From assembly GCF_001194135.2 (NCBI RefSeq), contig NC_068986.1, positions 109,417,199 to 109,481,198 of the forward strand: DNA of 64,000 nucleotides, written 5' to 3'. How positions within the stretch are numbered: position 1 is the first letter of the stretch; the number at the start of each line of letters is the position of its first letter. Positions 38,831-51,040 of this stretch are shown in pieces. This stretch comes from Octopus bimaculoides (lineage: Eukaryota). The notes below the pieces were generated by a model that was not told the DNA's origin, ran no database searches, and saw nothing but the letters and a program-made list of their open reading frames with translations. A program made the position numbers and the translations under genes.

Positions 38831-39327
38831 ATTGTAGCAAGAATGGCTAAGATAAAAAAAACAGACAACAATTTCCATCTTTTTGCTCTGTTAAAATATT
38901 TTTAAAAAATTATATTAATGTATCCTACTTGTTGAAGTTCCATATATTTTTTTGTGCANNNNNNNNNNNNNNNNNNNNNNNNNNNNNNNNNNNNNNNNNN
39001 NNNNNNNNNNNNNNNNNNNNNNNNNNNNNNNNNNNNNNNNNNNNNNNNNNNNNNNNNNNNNNNNNNNNNNNNNNNNNNNNNNNNNNNNNNNNNNNNNNNN
39101 NNNNNNNNNNNNNNNNNNNNNNNNNNNNNNNNNNNNNNNNNNNNNNNNNNNNNNNNNNNNNNNNNNNNNNNNNNNNNNNNNNNNNNNNNNNNNNNNNNNN
39201 NNNNNNNNNNNNNNNNTATATATATATATATATATATATAAAACAAATATCTACACATATTGTGGAAAATAAACTATAATTTTAAATTTATGTTGTTTTA
39301 TATGATGTACTTCAATTCAATTGTTAC

Positions 39328-39436
39328 CTGATCGTCTTCTTCAAATTGAAGACTATGAGAGAAATGTTGCATGAAGAATACTGCAATCATTAGGTAGATT
39401 ATGGCAAGAAGAACATGGATCCAAAGCAATTGGGAA
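39328..39436 (-). CDS. TMEM63: TMEM63 exon: SQLLWIHVLLAIIYLMIAVFFMQHFSHSLQFEEDDQ
   Basis: gtttttcag acceptor, CAG|gtaaca donor; LWxH TM2 motif. Confidence 0.95.
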
Positions 39437-39934
39437 CTGAAAAACAAACAAACAAAAAATACAGAGAAATAATAGATTGATAGTGAATCATCTTAAATCC
39501 TAATGCTATAAATAGAATCAATCAATCAATTAATCCAACGACAAAGGTATCCAACAATGGCAGGGGGGGTTCAGTCCCATTGATTTTTTTTTTTCACTTT
39601 TTATGGCTCAGTGAGAAGTGGATGAGCAGTGTCCATGATCCCTTTGTAGGGTCCCTGAAACAGATGGGAGCAAGTTATCTACAGATGCAGGCAGTTTGCT
39701 TCCTGGCTGCTGAGTCTATAGTACAAGGGTTCAGCCTCATTGTGTGTCACCTTGGGCAAGTGTCTTCTACTATGGTCTCAGGCCAACCAATGCCTTGTAG
39801 GTGGACTTAGTAGATGGAAACTGAAAGAAGCCTGTAGTGTATTTATGTGTGTGTATATTATATACATTTCTATATTTAAGAGATGAGGAATTATTTACAT
39901 TTGACGGATATTTGTCCTCATCTTGTTTGTTGTT

Positions 39935-39980
39935 AACACAACGTTTCGGCTGATATACCCTCCAGCCTTCATCAGGTGTC
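39935..39980 (-). ncRNA. Minimal type-I hammerhead ribozyme motif (intact core)
   Basis: GACAC CUGAUGA A GGCUG-gagggtatat-CAGCC GAAA CG UU^ GUGUU: stem I 5 bp, stem II 5 bp, loopless palindromic stem III. Confidence 0.75.
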
Positions 39981-40311
39981 TTGGGGAAATTTTGAACCTG
40001 GGGTTCTCATTCCTAAGGTATTTTTCAATGTTATTATTATCATCATTCAGGTCACTGCCTGGAATTGAACTCGGAATCTTGGGGTTAGTAGCCCGTGCTC
40101 TTAACCACTACGCCATATGAAAGATAGGAAAATATTAGATTTATAAGCCCCAAAAATTCACTCCATAATTGCCCACAGGCATATGGTGTAGTAGTTAAGA
40201 ACGCGGGCTACTAACCCCAAGATTCCAAATTCGATTCCAGGCAGTGACCTAAATGATAATAATATCGAAAAATACCTTAGGAATGAGAACCCAGGTTTGA
40301 AATTTCCCCAA

Positions 40312-40357
40312 GACACCTGATGAAGGCTGGAGGGTATATCAGCCGAAATGTTGTGTT
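40312..40357 (+). ncRNA. Minimal hammerhead motif, stem III mutated (GAAATGTT)
   Basis: Same fold as 39935-39980 with C to T at 40349. Confidence 0.6.
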
Positions 40358-41041
40358 AACAACAAACAAGATGAGGACAAATATCCGTCAAATGTAAATA
40401 ATGTAAATAACGAAGATATAATGTTGCGATAAAATAACAGTATTAAACAATGACTAATATTTTAATTATTTCAGTAACATGTTTCAGTAATTATCACAAC
40501 CCCATAAGCAAAATAAACCTGCCAAAATAGTGTTGGGATATTCAGTAAGTGAACATGTGAGACTGTACACTGGTGGAATAGACTAAAAGAACTGCTTAGG
40601 TTTCAAACTGAAAGAAATAACTTCCAGTTGCCATCTTGGAAGATACCAATGTATATTTAATGCTATACAGTCAACTGATTTCAATGAAATATTTTAGATG
40701 TATGGTACAGTCAACTGGAAGAAAAAACAACATAACTATTATAAATCTTTCTGATACTAAGCTATTTAAAACAGTCCTTGGTTCCAGAATACTAAATTAA
40801 AATTTTCAATCATAAGTTTCATTACCTTTTAAATAAAGTTTTAAACATCAGTTTTTAATGGTTATTTTAATAAAGCTTTCCAAATTATTTTCAGAATAAA
40901 TGGAAACACAGCCAGTGTATTTCATGAGAAAAAGTTTCACAAAAGAACTAAGAAAATGTATATTAATTTATGAACACTTACTAATATGAATGAATATTTA
41001 TTAATATTCAAATAAGTATAATGCTGGGAAATATTCCTTAC

Positions 41042-41093
41042 CTGGAATCAACGTTGGCAATTGTTGTGTGGCCAAAATCAGTGGAATTACCAA
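41042..41093 (-). CDS. TMEM63: TMEM63 exon: (V)GNSTDFGHTTIANVDS
   Basis: ttttcag acceptor, AG|gtaagg donor; FGxTTIAN motif. Confidence 0.95.
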
Positions 41094-41401
41094 CTGAAAA
41101 TTATAAAAACAAAATAAATACAAAGTAAATCTTAATACATATCTTAAAAGCCAAGAGGGTAAGTTGATTATATCAGCCCTAGTATTTTACTGGTACTTTA
41201 TTTAATCAATCCCAGAAGAATAAAAGCAAATTTGATCTTGGCATGGTTTGAAATCACATTACAAACAACCATATCTTCATACTACATAGAACTTTGTGTA
41301 ACACTAACACAATTTGGTTAGTACAGGTTACAGACTATAGTCTTCTCAAAATTGTAGTTACTTATTTCTGATATAAATTGTACAGTTTAGTTCATACTTA
41401 C

Positions 41402-41541
41402 CAAGATTGCCTTGAAAGTTAACAGGTAACACAACAGCAGTTGAGAGGGTACATATCACACAGAGGTAGACCAAAAGGTACCGCTGAAATGACAGGTACT
41501 GCACTGCATCACGGCCACATTTGCGAAGAATATCTGCATCT
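41402..41541 (-). CDS. TMEM63: TMEM63 exon: DADILRKCGRDAVQYLSFQRYLLVYLCVICTLSTAVVLPVNFQGNL
   Basis: ctttgcag acceptor, G|gtaagt donor; CGxDAVxYLSFQR and LPVNF motifs. Confidence 0.97.
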
Positions 41542-41886
41542 CTGCAAAGAGTGAATCACATATCCAAGTAAATGAGAGAACCAATCAAGTACTGTATTTC
41601 ATAACAATGCGGTCCCAAATTGAAATGGACCCCTAGTATTTACAGGATGCTGGTATTGTTACTTAGCCTCTGATTGGCTCTGATTCAGCAGGCACTCCAG
41701 CCAATCAGGGATTAATCTACTTTTACAGCAACAGCTACATCATTATTTTCATCAAGTGATATAACTAACAGGAGGATATTAGATATTATAATACTAATTA
41801 TGATAATTCTTCAATAAATAAAGAACAACAGAAGTAGTTGATAGTTATTTGACGACAATAGTTCCAAAAGAAAATAGTTTTCTTAC

Positions 41887-41924
41887 TTGACTCGTATAAA
41901 TGCAGCAATCCATGAACAAAATCC
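41887..41924 (-). CDS. TMEM63: TMEM63 exon: GFCSWIAAFIRV(K)
   Basis: tatttttag acceptor, AA|gtaaga donor; GFCSW motif. Confidence 0.95.
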
Positions 41925-41952
41925 CTAAAAATACAAGAAAATTATACATTAG

Positions 41953-41989
<37 letters not shown>

Positions 41990-42490
41990 GTGCCACATAA
42001 AAAGTGTCCAGTCCACACTGTAAAGTGGTAGGCATTTGGAAGGGCATCCAGCTGTAAAAACGATGCCAAAACTGACTTCACTTCTGAAGGGTAGTTGGTG
42101 TTAGGAAGGGCATCCAGCAGTAAAAAATCATGCTAAAACAGACACTGAAGCCTTGTACAGTCTTCTGCCTATCCAGCTCTGGTCAAACCGTCTAACCCAT
42201 GCTGCCATGTGTAGAATGGTTTGATAAGGAACCATCAAGTGTAGGGCTGTATCGAGTTTCAATGTCATCTACAACTGGACATCCTTCCTAATGCTAACCA
42301 CTTTACAGAGTGTATTGGACGTTTGTTTTCATGCTAGTGGCACTAGTGAGATTGCCATGTAAACTTGTAAGACAGAAGAGAAGAGAGAGAGAAGAGAAGA
42401 AAATGGAGGAAAAAGCCACCACTACTAAGAAGTATTTAGGAGGGGAAGGTGGAAATGAGTGGCTGTATGTCAGGTATTGAAAGGCTGTAG

Positions 42491-42895
42491 GTGCAGGAGT
42501 GGCTGTGTGGTAAGTAGCTTGCTTACCAACCACATGATTCCGGGTTCATTCCCACTGCGTGGCATATTAGGCAAGTGTCTTCTACTATAGCCTCAGGCCG
42601 ACCAAAGCCTTGTGAGTGGATTTAGTTGACGGAAACTGAAAGAAGCCCGTCGTATATGTATATATATATGTATATGTATGTGTGTGTATATGTTTGTGGG
42701 TGTTTGCCCCACCAACATCGCTTGACAGCCGATGCTGGTGTGTTTACATCCCTGTAACTTAGCAGTTCGGCAATAGAGGCCAATAGAATAAGTACTAGGC
42801 TTCCAAAGAATAAGCTCTGGGGTCAATTTGCTCGACTAAAGGCGGTGCTCCAACATGGCCACAGTCAAATGACTGCAAGAAGTAAAAGAGTACTA
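42491..42895 (+). mobile_element. tRNA-derived SINE family A (gcaggagtggctgtgtggtaag head, central microsatellite)
   Basis: A/B boxes and ccttgggcaagt CORE-like segment; related copies at 54140-54570(+), 50630-51040(-), 51420-51760, 61260-61455 and 4040-4380(-). Confidence 0.88.
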
Positions 42896-43464
42896 TACAA
42901 GGGTTCATAAAGAGATCCCTAAATTATTTCAACAAACAAATGTAAAAGGCCCTAACTCAACATTTTTATTAAATCATCGAAGAGTTAATGTTACCTACAT
43001 TAAATATCTTGAGAATAACTAAAACAGGGTTTGGTTTTTGGTTTTTTCTTGTCTTGGTTGTGGGTTTTCAAAGCTAATGAAAAAACATTCCTGAACTTCA
43101 CACAATAAATGTAGTGTTTACTGTAATGATCGATGCCCATCCCCAACCACACACACCTCTTAACAACTCCTAGAACTGGGCCATTGTGCCTTGGTGTGGC
43201 TAATGCAGTAAAAAACGAGATGTTAGTGAAGCATAAGAAGATTTAACCAAGGGAACATTTAAAATGGAGCTTTTCATTAAAGAATGATTTTAATTTTTAC
43301 ACAAACATCTCATGCACTTGTAATATTGTATCATTGAATAACGTTCTTAAAAATATTGTGCAGTCAAGCAGAAAGTGGGAGTGAGACCAGCATAGTTTAC
43401 CCTAGTTGGCAAATAGCTACCTCCTACATTGAAGATCATACCACCGTGGTTACTGCTAAAATTA

Positions 43465-45130
43465 TATATGTACACATACATACATATATATATATATATA
43501 CACACACACATACATACACACACATACACACACACATATATATATATATATACACACACAAACATGTACATACATACACACACGTATACACACAAACACG
43601 CACATACAAACATCTACACACATGTACATACACACACATGCAAATACATACATACATATATACACATATACACACATCATCAACACACAGATATATATAT
43701 ATACACACACCACATATATATATATATATATATACACACACATACACACATATNNNNNNNNNNNNNNNNNNNNNNNNNNNNNNNNNNNNNNNNNNNNNNN
43801 NNNNNNNNNNNNNNNNNNNNNNNNNNNNNNNNNNNNNNNNNNNNNNNNNNNNNNNNNNNNNNNNNNNNNNNNNNNNNNNNNNNNNNNNNNNNNNNNNNNN
43901 NNNNNNNNNNNNNNNNNNNNNNNNNNNNNNNNNNNNNNNNNNNNNNNNNNNNNNNNNNNNNNNNNNNNNNNNNNNNNNNNNNNNNNNNNNNNNNNNNNNN
44001 NNNNNNNNNNNNNNNNNNNNNNNNNNNNNNNNNNNNNNNNNNNNNNNNNNNNNNNNNNNNNNNNNNNNNNNNNNNNNNNNNNNNNNNNNNNNNNNNNNNN
44101 NNNNNNNNNNNNNNNNNNNNNNNNNNNNNNNNNNNNNNNNNNNNNNNNNNNNNNNNNNNNNNNNNNNNNNNNNNNNNNNNNNNNNNNNNNNNNNNNNNNN
44201 NNNNNNNNNNNNNNNNNNNNNNNNNNNNNNNNNNNNNNNNNNNNNNNNNNNNNNNNNNNNNNNNNNNNNNNNNNNNNNNNNNNNNNNNNNNNNNNNNNNN
44301 NNNNNNNNNNNNNNNNNNNNNNNNNNNNNNNNNNNNNNNNNNNNNNNNNNNNNNNNNNNNNNNNNNNNNNNNNNNNNNNNNNNNNNNNNNNNNNNNNNNN
44401 NNNNNNNNNNNNNNNNNNNNNNNNNNNNNNNNNNNNNNNNNNNNNNNNNNNNNNNNNNNNNNNNNNNNNNNNNNNNNNNNNNNNNNNNNNNNNNNNNNNN
44501 NNNNNNNNNNNNNNNNNNNNNNNNNNNNNNNNNNNNNNNNNNNNNNNNNNNNNNNNNNNNNNNNNNNNNNNNNNNNNNNNNNNNNNNNNNNNNNNNNNNN
44601 NNNNNNNNNNNNNNNNNNNNNNNNNNNNNNNNNNNNNNNNNNNNNNNNNNNNNNNNNNNNNNNNNNNNNNNNNNNNNNNNNNNNNNNNNNNNNNNNNNNN
44701 NNNNNNNNNNNNNNNNNNACATACATACACACACACACACATACATACACACACACACACATACATACACACACACACACATACATACACACACACATAC
44801 ACACATACATACATACACACATACATACATACACACATACATACATACACACATACACACATACATATACACACACACATACATATACACACGCACACAT
44901 ACATACATATACACATGCACACGCACACATACACACACATACACATACACACATACATATACACACATACATACATACACACACATTACCCAATCTTGCA
45001 AGTGAATTGTCATGNNNNNNNNNNCATACATATACACACGCACACATACATACATATACACATGCACACATACACACATACATATACACACATATACACA
45101 CGCACACATACATACATACATACACACACA
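43465..45130. repeat. Compound (CA/TA/CATA)n microsatellite field with N-gaps
   Basis: Directly visible; source of the spurious long ORFs. Confidence 0.95.
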
Positions 45131-45308
45131 TTACCCAATCTTGCAAGTGAATTGTCATGCAACAATGTTTGGCACCATAAGTTTAAGCTGTCACAGTTGA
45201 GTGAACATGCCCAGTGACAATCCGAAACAATCAAGGTTATCAGATTTTGTATTCTTTTATTCTTTTACTTGTTTCGGTCATTTGACTGCAGCTCTGCTGT
45301 AAACTTAC

Positions 45309-45396
45309 CCGATCTTGTAAGTGAATTGTTGTATCCAAAGACTCACTTGAGCCTGACATATTTTGATCATGGCTGCAGTAGAATAAAGTTGTCCAC
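45309..45396 (-). CDS. TMEM63: TMEM63 exon: WTTLFYCSHDQNMSGSSESLDTTIHLQDR
   Basis: tttttcttcag acceptor, CGG|gtaagt donor; phase 2 to 0 fits both neighbours. Confidence 0.9.
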
Positions 45397-48300
45397 CTGA
45401 AGAAAAACAAAGAGAGAATATATTAGTTTAGCCACAAATTATCAATAAATAGATATCTATCACTATGGAGAGAAATAATATATTTATATTTGTGTATCTA
45501 CGAAATTATAGAAATAAATAGATATTTTACCACATAGACTCTTTTCTCTCATAAAAATATATTGGAAATAGATCTCACATTGATTTTGATTAATGATTAT
45601 TCTAATAGATTATTCCAATGGAACAATTCATTGAATAAATAGCAGAATATTCCAATACTTTGGAGAAGATAATATAGCTTAAAAAGTGATGAGAATGACA
45701 TCACTTCAAAAGGAATACATTTTCAAAGAAATAAATACTTCTACATTAAGTGATAAATCATGAGCCAAAGATGAACACTAGTGTTTTAATTCTAATTTTG
45801 AAGTCATGTGTAGTGAGATGCTTTCTTAAAAACCTATTTAGGTAAATAATCCTTGTAAACATAAATTATTATGACATACAACAGCATTAAATAACTAAAC
45901 TTTTGCACAAGTCACAAGATAAACCCAGTCAGGGCTTGTCTGGCTTCTGATTTAAATATTTCATCAACATGGCTTCAGATTTAAATATTTTATCAACATA
46001 TAAGGAGTGGTTGAAAGCTGATGAATACAACCCCAGAACATTAATAATATTTACTGTCTCAAGTCTTTATGGGCAAAATAGATGGTGTGAGTGTGTGGTG
46101 GAGATAAATCAAGCAGAAACACTGCCATATTTACATATATTTATATATACAAACATAGATTATTCATTGGTAAACCAGGGAAAATGAGACAGGCAAATAC
46201 TAAGGAAGGTAGAACCTTAAATATAAAGAGAGAGAGAGAGAGAGAAAGAGAGGGAGAAAAAGGGAGAAAGAGAGAGGGTGAGAGAGAGAGATGAGTTGAT
46301 AGACATTTAGACAGGTATCCAGAGAAGATGAGCAACAAACTGATGGAAACGAACTAAATGTCATCATCATCATCATCATCACTGAATGCCCGTCTTTCAT
46401 GCTGTTGTGGATCGCACGCTTCAATAGGATCTGATGAATTGGAAGACTGAGTCACTCTTCAATATCTGCATTGGCTAGATGCCTGCAGTTGGGGGTCCTT
46501 CCTCATACCAACCACTTTACATAGTGAACTGGGTGCCTTTTTACTTTATTTTTTTTTATGCGCTGGCACTAGTAAAGTTATCATGTAATTCACAAGGCTT
46601 AGAGACTGCTTGACTGAGTAGGAATTTANNNNNNNNNNAAACCTGTTTCTGTCCCTTCCTCTATACTTTAAAGAAAGTAAATGGTAAGCTCACTACATCC
46701 ATATTTAAAGGCCAACTTTAACTTGACCCAGATTAATCTGGGTAAAGTCTTGAGTCTTAAACACAATTTGATCCTTAGTTGCAAATGTGTGGTTTCACTT
46801 ACATAAAGAAAGAGATAAACATCACCTAATTTCCTATCCCCTCTCTTATCATTAAATTACTTCTATGTACAGAAATCAATAACAGTCTTTAAAATATCAA
46901 TTAATTTGATAAGTAAATTCCTTGGAAATTTCTTTCCATTAAATAGAACTGCACTCTTCACCAGCTTCTTGATTCCACTTATTCTTCTTACTACCTGGAA
47001 CCATTTTACTGATTACCCATCTTTCTTAATATTGTCCTCTCCACCTACTTTTTACATTGATCATTGTCAACCACACATCTCTCTCTCTCTCTCTCTCTCA
47101 TCCTTTCTCTATCTATTCAACTATTATTACTATTCTGTTGCTTTTCATCTCCACCTTTTTCTGCACTGTCAGTCATCTCCTACTCTCCCCCACCTCATAT
47201 ATATCATTAGTCACCCTCCACCCCTTATCCACCATTCATTATATAACCCCTCCACCCTTAATTCCTACAGACATCACCTACTCTCCTCTTCATACCATCC
47301 CTCAGCATCAATTCTTCATTGTATTCACACACCCTCTCACCCATTTCCCATCTCTAACCATCCCTCACTCTCTCATACACTCTTTCAACCTCTACCCATC
47401 CACACTTCCTCTTGTTCTTCTCCACCCCCTCACTTCTACTCATCACCCCTATTTTATCACTTTATCCTACTCCAGCTCCATCCACTCCCACCCCCTCTTC
47501 TATAATGTATGTGGCCATGTAGCAAGAAACCCGTTCTGTTCTAGCCCCTTCTTTCATACTTTAACCCTTTATCTCATTAGCATAAATTCACCTCCCAGTC
47601 TGTGAGTTCTACTCAGTAGAACTGTGTAGTTCTACTCAGTTGTAGTTCTACTCAGTTGAAGTCTTGTGAGCTGCATAGTGACCCCCACCACCCTGTTTAC
47701 ACTCTGTAAAGTGGCTGACATTAGGAAGGACATCTGGACATAGAAACTATGGCCAAGGCAGATATTGGAGCACAATGGAGTTTTTGGACTGACCAGATCC
47801 TAACAAACCATTTTACCCATGTCAACTTGGAACATGGACATTAAATTATAATGGTGAGGATTTCTCTTTGATTTTACTAGTCAGCAGCAGCTCAACGTTT
47901 CTGAGCTTTGTTCTAATTAAGACAACAATCATTTGTCTCTAATGAGCAGTTATTTCTCATCATAGCTAAAACACTTCTCTTCAGTTATTGGACTGTGGCC
48001 ATGCTGGAGTACTATCTTTAATAAGTTGCCATTTCTACAGATCTGTCGCCGCACAAGTTTTTGGGAGGAAGCTGCTAATATCTTTGAATATCTCAAAGTA
48101 ATGTTCCACACCTCACCTTGCTCTATCAATCAGACAAATAAATGACAAAATCTACAATTGATTTGAGAAACAGAACATGACAAACAGAACAGTAATGCTT
48201 CATTAGTTTTGATTGATTGATAAACAAATAACGAGCAAAGAAGACATTTGCTCAGCATGCACATGATTAAACATGAATGTTAGTTGTTAATTAAACAAAT

Positions 48301-48575
48301 GATGACCTACTTTATATTTGAGGGATTAACATACGTAACAATAATAATAATCTTTTCTATTTTAGACAAAAGCCTGAAATTTTTGGAGAAGAAAGTTATT
48401 TGATTAGATAGGGCCCAGCGCTCAACTGGTATTTATTTCATTGACTCCAAAAGGTTGAAAGGCAGAGCCAACCTCAGTGGAACTTAAACTCAGAATGTAA
48501 AGCTGAATGAAATGCTTCTCAGCATATTGTCTGGCATGATTCTGCCAATTTACCATTTCATATAAAACAATAATA

Positions 48576-48925
48576 ACAAGAGCACTCAGAGAGTGCAAAC
48601 CTCCGCCAAGGCAACACCAATGTCCCCTTAATGATTAGCCAGAGATGATTTTTAAAGGGAGAATATTTGAAATAAATTCGACTGCTCTCATAAATGAGAA
48701 TACTAAAAACGAATCCGACTGCTCTCAAAAATTCAGTGAAATGATAGGAAAAATAATCTGGAATCCTCGTCTGGTACCAGATCGATTCCAAAATCTAATC
48801 AGTTTGTGCCAGTCACAAGGCCAAGCATCCCTGAAAGTTTCATCTGAATCCATCCAGTGGTTCTTGAGATATCTTGACCATGGACAAACAAACAAACATG
48901 ACTTGAAACAATACTTCCGCCTTAG
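48576..48925. mobile_element. Non-autonomous Helentron/HINE-like element, copy A
   Basis: acaagagcactcagagag..acctccgccaaggc end, (caaa)n microsatellite, other end decayed; similar to the copy at 52173. Confidence 0.6.
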
Positions 48926-50629
48926 GAAGAAATTAGAATCTTTTATGTGTGTGTGTGTGTGTGTGCCAATCAGTCCATTCAGCTGCCAAAAATGGGTAGT
49001 ACCTGTAATTACAAAGGGGCCAGCTTTGTCACATTCTGTGTGGTGCTGACTTTCCCTGGGAACTACATTAAGGGCACACATGTCTGTGGAATGCTCAGCC
49101 ACTTGTATATTAATTTCACGAGCAGACTGTTCTGGTGATCGGAACAACTGGAACCCTTATCATTGTAACGAATGGAGTGCAAATAACGGTAAACCAATCA
49201 GTACATCACTGCTTAATTATTATTTTCTTCGTATTTAATCAACAAAATACAATGTTTATTATATGACAATGTCTCCTGATGATGGATCCTATAAAGGAGC
49301 TGTTGAAGTAGCGAACCACGAAACATGGTTGGAATTCCTCAAAAGTATCTTATTATTCAACCAACTGGTTTTGGAAAATACTAAAAATGTTTTTACATAA
49401 AATTATAATAGTTTTAATTTAAATGTGAAAACTTTAAACCTGACAGTTCTGTACCCTGATTTTAAGTGAGTTGGAATTAAAAGGTTAAACTTTCAGAGTT
49501 GGATAAGAGATGTTGTTGTTGTTATTGTATTTCATAGTCTCGAGTTGGCCATGATGGAGCAAAGAACCTCCGATAAAATGTGTTACTGTATTAGGTTACA
49601 AGCATCATCATAATTTATCCTTTACAAAGAAACTCAAAGGAAAGGATGGGAGAAGACAGAGGCACTTCAATAAACCAACAAGAACCATTCCACTATTTTA
49701 TTGTATTACTAATTCTGGAAGAAACAAAAATGTCAACCCCAAAAGAATTCAAACTCAGAACAGAGAAAAGCAAATCCTAATGACTTTATAATATTTTGTT
49801 GGATTCTCTCAGGTTTCAGCCACGTCACTAATTTCACAAAATATCAGACAACTGATTTTATTTTACAAATGGCTGCATGCAAATAATGTCACCTAGAACC
49901 AGTCAACCATGGTTGAAAAGATTCATAATTAAAGCTATTCCAACTATGAACATTGTGTCTGTCTGTGTGTCACGTTATTCAATGTAACTTCTTTTTAAAA
50001 CTGTACGGCTTGGGCTGATAGCTGCTACTTCTAGCAGGTCCAACTGTAAATGGAAGGGAAGAGTCAAAAGATTTAATTTCTCATAGTGTTTTACTGATAG
50101 CCGTGATTATGTTTACCAACCCCCAACAGAAGAACCTGGACTTAGAATGTACAAGAATGAAATCAGATACTTCGTGGTATTTGGAGAGAGAGTGACAATG
50201 CAGTGCTGCACTTTGCTACTTCTGCCAAGTCACAACCTCAACTCAATAATGAAACACTATTGATTAACCGAAATTAGCATCAAGTTATTTTCGAAACGAT
50301 GTGGTGCCAACTCAACTGAGTGCAGACAATGCTGTGTCAAGGTGGTTTATAGGAATGGTTCAGGAGACTGTATTCTTCGGCATGCTTGGTATTTTTTAAA
50401 CTTTGATTTATTTTTGAAAGAAAGAGGAAAAGAAGGACAGGGAAACGGGGCGGGGGGATAACTGACAGTCATTTTGTTAGTAATCAGGTTAAAAATGTAG
50501 GACAAAAGATCAGAATGTAATTTCTTTCAAAATTTATCTGTGCCAAGTATTTTTAGCAACAAGGACCTGTGGAAATTGAACATTTTATAAGAAGTTGTTG
50601 ATTCTATTTTGATGCATAGATATAGATAT

Positions 50630-51040
50630 ACTCTTTTACTCATTTACTTGTTTCAGTCATTTGACTGCGGCCATGCTGGAGCACTGCCTTTAGTCAAGAA
50701 AATCGATCCCAGGACTTATTCTTTGTAAGCCTAGTACTTATTCTATCGGTCTTTTTTGCTGAACCGCTAAGTTATGGGGATGTAAACACACCACCATAGG
50801 TTGTAAAGCAATGCTGGGGAGGACAAACACAGACACACAAACACAGACACACATATATATATATATATACATATATACGACGGGCTTCTTTCAGTTTCCA
50901 TCTACTAAATCCACTCACAAGGCTTTGATCGGCCCAAGGCTATAGTAGAAGACACTTGCCCAAGGTGCCACGCAGTGGGACTGAACCCGGAACCATGTGG
51001 TTGGTAAGCAAGCTACTTACCACACAGCTACTCCTGCGCC
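50630..51040 (-). mobile_element. tRNA-derived SINE family A, full length
   Basis: Reverse complement of the 54140 copy. Confidence 0.9.

Larger units (their letters stand above)
39865..40410. mobile_element. Fold-back element: two head-to-head tRNA-like heads, each arm with a minimal hammerhead ribozyme motif
   Basis: 39890-40119 is the near-perfect reverse complement of 40179-40402; A-box tggcgtagtgg and B-box-like gagttcrattc in the heads; CTGATGA..GAAA cores in both arms. Confidence 0.85.

Noticed and set aside
40178-40250. tRNA-Ser-like sequence as a genuine tRNA gene
   Set aside because: Incomplete anticodon and acceptor stems, and embedded in a repeated element; SINE heads were rejected for the same reason
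44960-45014. Extra copy of the exon-end duplicate beside a 10-N gap
   Set aside because: Identical to 45105-45158 across a small gap, so probably a contig-overlap artefact
43356-45217. 500-570-aa ORFs
   Set aside because: Made of CA/TA microsatellite and N-gap
46906-47605. 199-aa and 182-aa low-complexity ORFs
   Set aside because: Pyrimidine-rich strand bias lowers stop frequency; no domain, probably decayed repeat
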